Shown here: positions 38,183 to 50,900 of the stretch, one piece after another
How the letters are laid out: each line of letters starts with the position of its first letter
How positions within the stretch are numbered: position 1 is the first letter of the stretch
From: Lytechinus pictus
Taxonomy: Eukaryota
Direction: 5' to 3'
Assembly (NCBI RefSeq): GCF_037042905.1
Contig: NC_087250.1
Span: 4,528,001-4,592,000, forward strand
Length of the DNA stretch: 64,000 nucleotides
Notes under the pieces: generated by a model
Seen by the model: only the letters and a program-made list of their open reading frames with translations
What the model was told of the DNA's origin: nothing
The model's database searches: none
Translations under genes and position numbers: made by a program

Positions 38183-38604
38183 GGTTACACTTCGTATTTC
38201 CGAAGGTTCTTATTCCGAAGGTTCGTAATTCCGAAACATGCAAATTGCCTATACCTCGATGTTCGTTAATCCGAAAACGTAAAATGGTTCGTTAATCCGA
38301 TCATTTGTGGCGTTATTCCGAAGGGTCGTTATTCCGAAGGTTCGATAATCCGAAAACCAAATAAGGTTCGATGTTCCGAAGGTTCGTTAATCCGAAAACG
38401 AAATAAGGTTCGTTGTTCCGAAGGTTCGTTGGTCCGAAAACGAAATGATTAACTAACCTTATTTAATCATTTCTTTTTCGGATTAACGAACCTTCGGAAC
38501 AACGAACCTTATTTCGTTTTCGGATTAACGAACCTTCGGAATTACGAACCTTCGGAAATACGTACCTTCGGAATAACGAAGCTTCGGAATTACGAATGTA
38601 TGCG
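38183..38604. mobile_element. Mutator-like foldback element built of TTCCGAAGGTTCG subrepeats
   Basis: Inverted arms of short subrepeats; 9-bp TSD AATAGAGTC (38174-38182, 38605-38613). Confidence 0.8.
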
Positions 38605-38674
38605 AATAGAGTCACTATTGTCCCCAGACAATTGGGCACATGCACGTGAGATCCTTTGTATATAGGATCTGATG

Positions 38675-38992
38675 CAGGGGCCGATTGCACGAAAGGGTCT
38701 TTCCAAGGACCGTCGATCGTGTCGCCCATCTTTTATGATGCGCTATAAGCGGGGTGTTTCTGAAATTTATGATGAAAAAATGAAATTTGTTAGCTTGCTT
38801 TTAAATCAAATTTTATACAATTTCATGAGATATCACATCATTTTATAAACAAATATTTTGTTTATTTTAACGTACGAATAAAATATGTTGGCAGATAATT
38901 TATTTGAAATGCGTTTCACATGGCGTATCATAAAAAAATGGGCGACACGAAAGACGGTCCTCGCAAAGACCCTTTCGTGCAATCGGCCCCTG
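38675..38992. mobile_element. PIF/Harbinger-like MITE (copy of 3004-3314)
   Basis: Same TIRs with CAG/CTG flanks; empty site visible near 41868. Confidence 0.82.
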
Positions 38993-39116
38993 GATACACG
39001 GGCTGGATATAATACGCTCCTGCATGTATAGTAATTTTCCATCCTCACAATCTTTGGTCTTTGGGTCGAGAGCAGGATGGTTTCATGGTATGTCGATAGG
39101 AGCAGGACGACCTTAA

Positions 39117-39610
39117 AGGTTATGTCCACCCCAGAAAAATGTTGATTTGAATAAATATAGTAAATTAAAAGAGGTACAACTTACACAGAAAATTTCATCA
39201 AAATCGGATGTAAAATAAGAAAGTTATGACATTTTAAAATTTCGTTTGTTTTCCACAAAACGGTAATACGCACAACTCACTGATTTGTAGACGAGAGAAT
39301 CTATGATGTTCTTTCCTCACTATTTTTTGGGTTTTGTTTTTTATTGATTGAATTATGCAATGTTTCAATTTTACAATTTTTAGAACATAAGAATATTTCA
39401 TATTTCATGTAATAAAATACAAAAGAAATAGTGAGTGGATGATGTCATCATTCTCCTCATTCTCTGACTAACTGTTTTTGGAAAATTAGGCGAAACTTCA
39501 AAATATAAGTTTCTTAATTGACATCCGATTTTGATGAAATCTTTGTGTTCTGCTTGTTGCAGTTTTCTCTTTTTATTCAAACCAACTTTTTGCTGGGTTG
39601 GACTTGTCCT
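39117..39610. mobile_element. Kolobok-like MITE
   Basis: TTAA on both flanks; same inverted arms as 28778-29379. Confidence 0.75.
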
Positions 39611-41177
39611 TTAAGCAGCTTTTTCTTTCTTCGGCTTTCTTCCATTATCTTTTTTTCACCTATCTTGACTTGACTTGGATTCTTATGTTAACCAATGATC
39701 CTGGCTTGAATCCGCTGCCTGAGAGGCAGCGCCGAATCAGCAAATATATTTCCCATCCACGAACCCCGTATGAACATGTATCATACAAGCGAAAGTACAA
39801 TTAAGTCGCACTATGTCATAAGCCACCTTTCGCAAAACTCAGGGACGGTAACATTAGGGTCCCCTCACACAAAAGCTAACGATTAATCATACACTTGATT
39901 TTTAAGATTGATTGTACACATGGGCGGAAAGCCCAGCGGGACGTGTCCCCCCTACCAAAAATAGTAGGGGGACACAATATCAAATGTCTCCCCTACTATT
40001 TTTGGTATTTTATGATGGATATAAAATACATCATTCACATTTGAAATAATACATGTATTTTGGACTGAATGACCTTATATTTTGGGTGAAAACATTTTTT
40101 TCTTCTTTTTTTTTTGCTTGTCAAATTTTCCAGAGTGAAAAGATGAGGGGAAGACTTGGAAAATAAAAAGAATCTTTCATGTCACTCTATAAAATTTTCG
40201 CTACTCGCTCGCATTTTGATTGGCGAGTTATTTATGTCTCAATATTGATTTTCATGACAGTTTATCAAAGACTTTGGCTCGCGATTTGCGCTCGCATTAA
40301 TGGTTGATAAATATTTTAACCGATGTATTTTCTTCATATTTTTTACAAAAGTACTTGAAATGTCCAGTTTTCAGGCCATAATATCATCCTATTTCTCGCC
40401 CTCATTAGGCATTAATAAATAATATATTGATTTAATGATCAAATTGTCCCTTTTGTTTCATCTCGCGCTTAGCAAGAGAAATAGGAAAATAGTCACCATT
40501 TTCATATGACATGTCCTAAGGATATCCCGGTCCTATGTCAAAACTCAAATAATAATGAAAAATATCAACTCTTTATTAAGTGCGATCCATATCCACCTCA
40601 CAATTTTCCTACAAAGTGCTTGAAATATATAGCTGAAAATCTGAAATTGACTCTTTTTTCAGATCGGAATATCAAAAAGTTTAAGCTTGCGCTTCGCGCA
40701 CGCTTTGATTTTTCATGATAAAAGATGTGTAGAATGCTTATAATAATTCTAGGTCTAAATGTGAAACACGTGCATGTTTATTCAGATATTTAACTTGTTC
40801 TCTATTTAAATAATTATCCAGTTTCAGATCACAATATCAATCATTTTCTGCTCGCATTATTAATGTAGAAAGATCCCCTATTACTCATCGTTTTCATAAT
40901 TTAGGTCTATAGTCTCAAATTTTTTCTGCTCGCGCTTCGCTTGCATCAATTGCTTAGTTGTATAGCTACCCTGTTCGCGATTACAAAAATTTTCGATTCT
41001 TTTTGTGGAAATGTCAAAATTTTTCAGCACGCGATTCGCGCCAGCGTTACTTGTTTGTTAAAATATGTAACGTCTTTATGGCTAAGTGCAAGCAGTCCTT
41101 TACAAGTACCTTTTCGATCAGTTCAAATTAAACGTATATAAACATTTTCTGGCTGCACTTTGCACTCGCATTATTAA

Positions 41178-41758
41178 AGGGATGGTCCAGGCTAAAAATA
41201 TTTATATCTTAATACATAGAGTAGAATTCACTGAGCAAAATGCCGAAAATTTCATCAAAATCGGATAACAAATAATAAAGTTATTGAAGTTTAAAGTTTA
41301 GCAATATTTCGTGAAAACAGTCGTCATGAATATTCATTAGGTGGGTTGATGATGTCACATCTCCACTTTCCGTTTTCTTATGTTATTACATAAAATCATT
41401 ATATTTTCATTATTTCATACTTGTGTGAATAGTATGTCTCTCTTATAATGAAATAAGTTGCAGCAATAAATATCTAAAGCACTATTCAGTTGTCAATCCA
41501 ATTTTTCTAGTTCTTGGAGGAAAAAATTTGAATAAACCTAATTTCATATAATAAAATACAAAATAACAAGTGGAGATGTGACATCATCAGTCCAACTAAT
41601 GAATATTCATGACGACTGTTTTCACAAAATATTGCTAAACTTTAAAATGCAATAACTTTGTTATTTGTTATCCGATTTTGATGAAATTTTCGGCGTTTTG
41701 CTCAGTGAATTCTACTCTAGTTATTAAGCTATACATACTTTCAGCCCGGACCATCCCT
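41178..41758. mobile_element. Kolobok-like MITE (AGGGATGGTCC TIR)
   Basis: TTAA TSD; ~200-bp inverted arms. Confidence 0.82.
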
Positions 41759-41965
41759 TTAATGTAAGGAAGTCCCCCAATAACCCATCCTTTTCATAAT
41801 AGAGTCACCATTGTCCCCAGACAATCGGGCACATTCACGTGAGAGCCTTTGTATATAGGATTTGATGCTAGATACCCTGGCCATAATACGCTCCTGCATG
41901 TATAGTAATTTTCCGTCCTCACAATCTTTGGTCTAACACGGTGCCATACTGGTAAAAAATTTATA

Positions 41966-44900
41966 ATGGAAATTCGTTCGATTTTTCAAAATAGAAAATC
42001 CCTAAAGTCCACCCCGGTTCTGTTTCTGCAAACGTGCTATCTTCTTGGAACGATCAAGGCCATTGGCGTATGTTTACCAGACGCGGAACGGAATTTAAAT
42101 CTGACCCCAACCAGCGCTGGGCTGGCTCTTGGGTTATTTGATGCCCTAGCATTCGGCCCCGGTAAGCATAATATGAATTGAATACAAAATACCACGTATA
42201 GTTTCCTCTGTGTGGGACCAACGGAGTACCACAGTGAGACAAAGTTCTGATGCCTGATCAAGAAGTTTAGAAGCCATATCCAGTCGATGCTTTACACGGT
42301 GAATTAATATATATATATATATATAGGGTACGCAGATGCGGTTCCAAGGGGGCACCACCGGCCCTGCCCCCTTTTGAAAGGGAAAGGGGAGAGGGGAAAA
42401 AGAATAGAAAGGGCACTGGAAGGGATCGAGAGAATGAAGGAAAAGTGAGGGGGAAAAATGGTGCCCCCATTTGGGATTTCTTCGGTCTGCATGTCCCCGA
42501 GGGACTGCAGAGATCGATCGACAGGACCAGGAGACAGATAGGAGGAGGGTTTTCCTACTTTGTAGGAAGACCCCCAATTATCCATCCTTTCCATGATTTA
42601 CAAAACATGAATAGGGTACGTGTCTCGTTCTTAGGTCTAAATCTCAAAATTTTCCGCTCGCGCTTCGCGTTCACATGAATTGTTAAGTTATATACCTATT
42701 ATGTTTAAGTTACAAAAAGGGCTTAGAATTTCCATTCTTTAGGTAAAATTTACAAAGAAATTCAGCTAGCGCTTCGCGCTCGCATTATTTTGATTGTTGA
42801 AATATGTAACGTCTTCATGGCTAACTGCAAGCAGTCTTTAACAGATACTATTTCCATCAGTTTTCTGCTCGATCGCAATTCGCGTTCAGAGTAATTATTT
42901 AGTTGCATACACATCTTTTTCAGGATAACAAACATTGCCTAGAATGTTCAAATTTTAGGAAAAACTGCATAAAATTTCCACAAAAAAAATAAAATTTGCT
43001 CGCACGAAATTATATGAATAAAGATTATGATATTATATATTTATGTTGATTTATAAGAATAAAGTTAAGAAGTGACCATGAGGACTACCCCTTCAATGAA
43101 ACAAACAAAAATCATCTTAGAGCGGCCGATCGAGGATTAACGTATGGCTGAAGAAAAATATTTCGCCCCCCCGTTGGCGAAGGCTAGATCCGCCCCTGTG
43201 GTCCCCCCTACCTTTCGAGACAGGTTTCCGCCGATAATTGTATATTATAGTCAATAGCATCAGACGTAGAAAACTGCTCTACAATCATTGCTAAGTTTTC
43301 TGTTACAGGCCCTATAGATCTGCTTTTCGTGTGCAAAATTCTTTCACGCGACACCCGCACCATGCTGCGAGATTTCATGCATGTACGACTGATGGTCATC
43401 ATCGTCTATGCCCCCTGAGCCGGGGGCGAGACTCTACTATGACAGCTGGCTGGAGATATTCGAAATGCAGGGCCTACAATAGATTATGACACGGATAAGA
43501 AAGTTGTTTTCAAGCAAATCGAGTACATATTGAGTGAGGAAAAAAATACTGAATTAAGGCTTAGATATAGATCATTACAGTCAATCGAATCGATATTGCC
43601 TTTAATGTAGATTATTGGTGGATCACTGGTAATTGATTCCATTGGTCAGATCACCTTTCCAGCAAAAACCATTTCGCATGCGTTGATATTTATTTTATTT
43701 ATTTATTTCAGTTTTATTTACGCAGGGTAGCCCTTTCAGTTATAAAACTGATTTACAAAGAGGCCCTGCAACGCTAAAAAGAACATATACATACATGTAT
43801 TTCACAATGGACATATAAATAAGATACAATCATACAATAAAAATAACATTAGGAATCGTATACATGTAAAGTAAAAAACAAATAACATTAGGAAACGTAT
43901 ACATATAGATTAAAAAAAAGGATCCAAGTGGGGTCTAAAACTAAGGCTTCAGCTGAAAGAATTTACATTTAGTTTTGAATGCTTGAAGGGATGTTTAATT
44001 TCTAAGATTAGAGGGAAGCTTATTCCAGAGGAACGGACCATAATATTGAAAGGACTTTTTCATGATTTCAGTTTTAGGTTTGGGAATAAGGAGAGGGGAG
44101 TTTAAGGCGTATCTGGTTTGTATCAGAGGAGAGCGAAATAATATAAGATTCAAAAGATATTCTGGGGCAAGTTTATTTATAACCTTAAACATATAAACAT
44201 AAATGATAATTGACTCTTTGAAAAATAGACTGCCATTTTATTTTTTCAAGTAGACTAGTGTGAGGAGTTAGAAAGTCAGCATTTAGAATTAAGCGAGCAT
44301 ATCAATTTTGTAATCGTTGTATTTTTTATCAAGAATTGTGAAGATTTGCCCCATATTACCAAACCATGCTCAATATGTGGGGGAATGAGCCCATTGTAAA
44401 GCATAGTGAGGACTTTGTCAGGCAGGTTTTGTTTAATTTGACGTATAAATCCAGTGGTCCTTGAGATTTTCTTACAAGTTTTATCAATATGTTCATTAAA
44501 TTTGAGTAAGTCATCAAAGATAATTCCAAGGTAATTAAAGTTATTAACCTGCTCAATAACTTGAAAATTATATTTGATCGTAATTTGTTTTGAGATAATT
44601 TTCTTACGTGTACCAAACAACATTACTTTACTCTAACTGGTATTTAACTTTAAATCATTCCCCTCAACCCATAACATTAACTTATCAAATTCTTAACAAG
44701 TATTTGGCTCGTGAAACCCTACAAGTATTGGAAGTATATCCCCTTTTTCAGTATTTTAAACATCGTTTCAGTGACACCCTTATAATGTTACATAGGCCTG
44801 TACGTAACGTACTTGCCCACTCTCCCTTTTTACGCGTAGTCGCGCCTGGTATCCACTCGTCAATGGAAGTGGGCCCCCGCCCCCCCCCCCCCCCGGATGG

Positions 44901-47900
44901 CCTCTCGAGCTCTGGGAGGAACTAAATTTGGCTCTGGAAAGTCGTCCTAAATCGGATATATCGCTGTTACCGTAGTAGCACCCAGAATTTTGCACAAGAA
45001 ACGCAGATTGAATGTTTCCATTCCAGATGCGAAACGAAAAAAAAAGCTCATGTCACATAATTTGCATTGCAGGACAGAGTTTTACGACCATGACGACGGG
45101 CCCAAAAGTCTCTTCCAAAATCAACTACAGTCAGACCGCAGGTCCCTATGCTAATGAGCAAAAAGGCCAGATTCATCCAAATCATCTCGTGGCTGAATCC
45201 TCCTCCTTGCTAAATCTCGTGATTCGTGAGATTTTCTTTCTCTAATAATTTACCTGTTTTAACCTCTAGTTATGAAATATCATTGCACCATCAGATAGAG
45301 TAAATGTTATTCTTTCACATTCTTGGTCATTTATTTTGTATACAATAGTTTGAGAAATAAGTGAATTTCTGGCCTGAAAATGTGCCTCAAAACTGAAGTT
45401 TCTTCCTCTGTTTTCTTTTGCAAATTGTGCAAAACTTTTTATTTTGAGCCTCAATGATATATATATCACCATAAAGCTGGTCTTTTGTACTTTCTCACAA
45501 TGCCACTCTTGATATGCGGCACCTTTTAATCGGGTCAAGATCACACTTTTCCCACCAAGGTACAAGACGCGATTTCTGAAATTTTGAATTGCATGAAATC
45601 CAGAGTTCTGATTGGCTGGATAAGGTTCACAGAACAACAGACGCGGGTAGTTTGAGGAGATTACCACATGGGAAGTGTGACATTCCCATGAGCCCAGGCA
45701 GTGGAACCGTTGGAATTTGCCAGTGTGTGGTCCCTTTGACCAATCAGAGTGCAGTATTCTTGTTTTCAAGCTGCTTTATGTACTTTGACAATGAAAAGTG
45801 TGATCTTGACCCGATTAAACCAATTCTTATTTTGAAACCTATACCATTTTAAAGCATATACATATTCAGCTTTATCATGATATAAAAATCATTTGGGCTC
45901 AAACAAAAATAAAGTGTGAAAATAGCAGCTTTTGTCAGGTGAAAATATTTTTTTTGAAGCATATTTTAGATCACAATTTTAACGTATATTACAAAATCTT
46001 TGAATAAATTCAAACACATGACCTGAAAGAATAACTCTTCTTCTTTACAATGATACCAGAATCATGAAATTCGATGCACAATTAGAGCAGCAATGACAGA
46101 ATGAAAAGAGGTGTTTTGGTTCGCATCAAGCTCATTAAATATGCAAAACTTCTCAAGTCATGAATATCACTTGGATGAACGAAGCCACTTTTTGGGGACC
46201 TGCCTACTGACTGACTACTGTCGTATTTAACGTTCACGTTCTCCAACGAAAGGTCGGGATAAGCATCGGCATGCTCATGAATAATTCATATCAAGTAGCA
46301 AAAGCCAGGTTCCAAAAGATCTCGCGACTGAAGTCACTCGATCTCGCATTCACCCGGGTTTCGCAAGCTCTCTTCTTCGACCGCTAGTCTCGTTTCAGCC
46401 ACCATTTGACGAAGAATTTAGCAAAGTCATAAGGGTCGGTGGTGTCCGATTCACGGGGGGGGGGGGATACTCGTATTTGGAAATGGTATAGGAGTGCGTG
46501 GCCCCAAGTTGGAAATTATACCCTTAAGAACGGAAATCACTTATGAAATGAGGGGCTAAGGAACTAGATAGGCCTAACCCTCTAGCATCTAGGCGTCCTT
46601 TTCGCCTTGGGAACTGGAATTTAACATAAAATGGGAGTCTTGAGTACTGACTGCTGAAAAGAGGGGCTTATAGGAACTGCAGAGGGAGAACGGGTCGGTC
46701 AATGAAAAATGGATCAAATTGTGCTTTTGAACAGATGGCAAGACGTTTAGAGGGGTTTCAAGCCGAACAAGTGCCCCCCCCCCCCCCCCCATCCCCGGGT
46801 ACTAAACCGCCTTCGACCCCAGGAGGCTTCGAGCAAAAAAATATGGTGAGATCATTTCACCAGCGACCTCTGTTATTGAATAACCGATGCCTCAGTACAC
46901 GCTACACGGAGTTGATAAGCTCTCTAGCTGGTGTCTGTGAAAACCGTGGTGGCATAGTTAGCACATAGAAAGCTTATGTGATTCTCCAAACTGCTCTATT
47001 GAATGTTGAAACAATTGGTTACGTATCTTCCTTTTTTTTCTCTCGATGGGCAGTACAACAACGAAATGCGGGTATGGACGGTGCACTCTCCTGTACTGTT
47101 GACACTAACGCTGTTGTCAATTGTCACACCACTCACGAGGGTGACTCGATCACCCTTGTCGATTCCGACGACCCCCCAAAACAAACATAATGATGAAACC
47201 GTTAGGGGCGGGGAGAAAGAGTGGATGGGGTGCTTTTAAGATTGGGAATTTCACGGCAATTCTCAATTTTGCTTTCATCAACAGGCCCAGCTGTGACGTA
47301 CTTGTACCAGCGACTCGGTGGAAACCAACGAAGATATCTGGTGATGACAGGTGCAGTCTTGGCAACGGGAGGACTCCTTCTTGTATCATCGGTCACCAAT
47401 GGCATTGAGCTGGCTCTATGCCTTTCAATTGCTGGTACGTTTATCGTGATCGGTGGTTGAAACAGAGTACAAGATTTCTCATCATCAAATCAATGTTACT
47501 CCATGTCGGGAAGAATAGGATTCCTTTTTCCTTCATTTTTGGGGGGACACGACGTCCCCAATAAAAAAACTGTTTCCCTTTGTTTTTTGTGGGGTTTTTT
47601 TGTCAGAGTTTTCTTCTTACTTAATGCACTTACTGGGATTTATTGACCCTCAATAGACTGGGCTATTTCGGCGCCTAAGAAGACTGGTGTTTATGGAAAC
47701 ATATGCCGGTCAGTCGGATCGCGACGAAAATTGGAACGCGCGTTACCCATGGCATTGTCTACAAAACTATAATATCAAATTCTGCGATAAATCTCATTGC
47801 TCATTAATTATGGTAATTTGTGCGTAAAATCATAAGTTTGCTCTAATTAATAAAATAATGCCTCTAAAATGCTCATTTCTGTTTCACACACTTTAGATGG

Positions 47901-50900
47901 GCATCTGATCAAATTTATTTTTCCAAAATTTCAACATCACATTTATTTTCTTATGTATTCTATTATTTTCTATTTTTTTATGTATTTCTTTGTTTTTCTA
48001 CTTTTTGTTTTTTAATGTTTTTTCATTGAAAATTGTCGGAGACTCTATTTTGACCATAAACAAGATAAAATCAATTGATTTTAAGCAGTAAAGGAAAAAT
48101 AATGATACATTTTATGAATTTTGGCTAAAAAACTATTTGCATTGGATTTGTACACGAAATTCACGTTTTTGAGAAAATTTGGGTTTGCATGCACTTACGA
48201 AATGTTGCGTAATTTCGGAACCGCGTACCCGGGGATCACAATTTTGGTCTCAAAAGTTGCGCGAGACTTAAAAGTAAAAGGTCAGCGAGCGACGCAGTCA
48301 ACAAATTTCGAGCGGTGTATTTAACGTGAAAAATGTCGAGGGGGCCGAATCAGCCTCCCCCCAGTCTTCTTAGGGTTAAACCCCGCAATCTTGTCAATGT
48401 GTCACACCTGAATAAATTCAAATGGACATAACTTGTGTCGAATGGTGACTCTCTCAACTCACTACTGTAAAACTAAATAAATGACCATGGAAGACAATTA
48501 TTATTTAGTTCAACAAATAAAATATGTTTAGTTTTATTACTCGTTTTCCGGCTTCAACTTCCAACATTTAAATTCAATCTTCTGGTTTTGGTGGACCAGA
48601 ATAAACAGAAGATAAACAATAATAACAAAAATATATTCAACTCGAAGGAAGTTACACAATAGTATATATATGGTTACAAAACAATGCTTTAAGTCTCTGG
48701 AGGGTATAAATAAAATAACCCACTTTAATCAACTGTTGCTTCCTGCTAAAAATTCATGAGGAGTAACGAATGAGTAAAACGAGCGATGATAAACGACCAT
48801 CATCAGATCTTGTCAGCGAGGGTGCTGTCCGTTCTTGGTGGGTGCCCTCTAATAAACCTTTACTCCTACTCTTGACTGGTCTGGTCAATGGCTGAAAATG
48901 AGCTGCCAGACTTCTTTACTTCTGAAGAACCACTGGGTGAACTCCCAGGTAGATGAAGAAGAACCCATCTACAATTAAACAATTTCCAAAACTTAAAAAG
49001 TCTACGGAATACATATAGGACAATAACCATAACATAATAGGTTATCTATATTCAAGGAAACATCATTTCCCTAGCTTAATTCAAGTATAATCTAGAATGA
49101 CATAATTCGGTCATTGAAAAGAAAGCATCATCATTTCTCTTAAATCTAACATTTCATACAAAGAAATTCCATGACATGAGAAACACTTTCCATAATCCAT
49201 TAATGCTTAGGAAAAGCAAAGTTTCTTATATATTTTAAGAATATCATTTTAAGACCTTTCAATATTTCAACAGATGGAATTATTGTTGACATATAATAAT
49301 CTTTTAATGAAAAAATATAGTTAGCATCTTTCACATCTCACATTTTAGAGGTTTTCTTTGACCTTTTGTTATTCTCAATGAATAATAAAAATCCAAGACA
49401 TAAATGAGACAAAAAAACAACTAAACTTACAGTTTGACTGGGATGACTAAATGCAGGAAATCAGGAACAGGCCTCCATGTTGGTTTAGTGAATCTTGACT
49501 CTGGAATATAGTTTTATTGCAGCGCAAGTGTTTGGCTTAAAACTCTAACTCTCCATTTCCAATCACCCAACTGGACCCAAGGACCAATAGGTCCTGCCTG
49601 TGTGAAAGCTGTGCAGATAGTGAGGTACTCCTGCTAAAACAGGCAACCCACCCAGTTCAAAAATGCTGAGTATGTTAATTACAATTAAGTGCGATGGAGC
49701 CTAACCACTGAGCCTAACTACTCACTATTCACTCCAGAGCACTATTGTGCATTACATAATACAAAGGATTAAGAATACACTTGAGGGGGAAGGTTGAATC
49801 TCTAACATCACCCCCTCCTTAAGAAAATATTTCATATTTACATTAAATATTCAATCTATCCCCAAAAGTGGATTGACATAGAAATAAATCTAAGCTCTCT
49901 TGCTTTACTTAAACTTAATTTAAACTCAAACTGCCCTGCTGAGAAAATCCGCGCCAACATTCTCCGAACCTGGTATAGCTTCAATATGGAACCTGTAAGG
50001 TTGGAGAGATAAAGCCCACCTCATGATTCTACTATTAGTCGACTTAGACTGGTTAAGGTAGACGAGGGGTTTGTGATCTGTCTCCAATATGAACTCTCGT
50101 CCATCTAGGTATACCTGAAATTTACTAATTCCCCAAACGATTGCGAGACATTCGCGTTCAATGGCAGAGTACGCTTGCTCCCTGGGAAGTAACTTTCTGC
50201 TGGCATAAGCAACAGGGCGTTTTCCTTCTTCTTTTTCTTGAAGGAGAACGGCTCCGATACCTGTTGACGAGGCATCAGTGCGAATGATGAAGGGCTTAGC
50301 GACATCAGCTAAGCAAAGAACTGGAGCTGTAGACAAACAGTCTTTCAACTGCTGAAAAGCCTTCTTGTCTGATTCACTCCAAACAAGCTTGTTGGGCTGA
50401 CGACCTTTGGTCTTGTCTGTCAGAGGAGCTGCAATTGATGCAAAATCAGGGATAAACTTGCGGTAGTAGTTGATCAGCCCGATGAACGATCTCATCTGCT
50501 TCTTTGTCTCTGGCGGTGGAGCGTTGCGAATCTTTTCCACCTTGTCTTGCATCGGTAGAAGCTTGTCCTCTCCCACGATGTGGCCTAGATATTCAATCTG
50601 GTTACATCCTATTTGACACTTACTTGGCCGTGCCGTCAAACCAGCTGAACGAAGTCTGTTGAAGACTTCTCCAAGAACATGGAGATGTTCCTCCCATGTA
50701 CGAGTATGGATGAGTATGTCATCCAAGTAGTTATGAACGCAAGGCATACCTTTGAGCAGTGATCTCATTACCCGACTGAACGTTGCCGGCGCATTAACAA
50801 GACCGAAAGGCATCCTGCAAAACTGGTACAGTCCACTTGGACTACGGAACGCAGTCTTCTCTTTAGCATCCTCGGATTAGGGAATCTGCCAGTACCCTTT

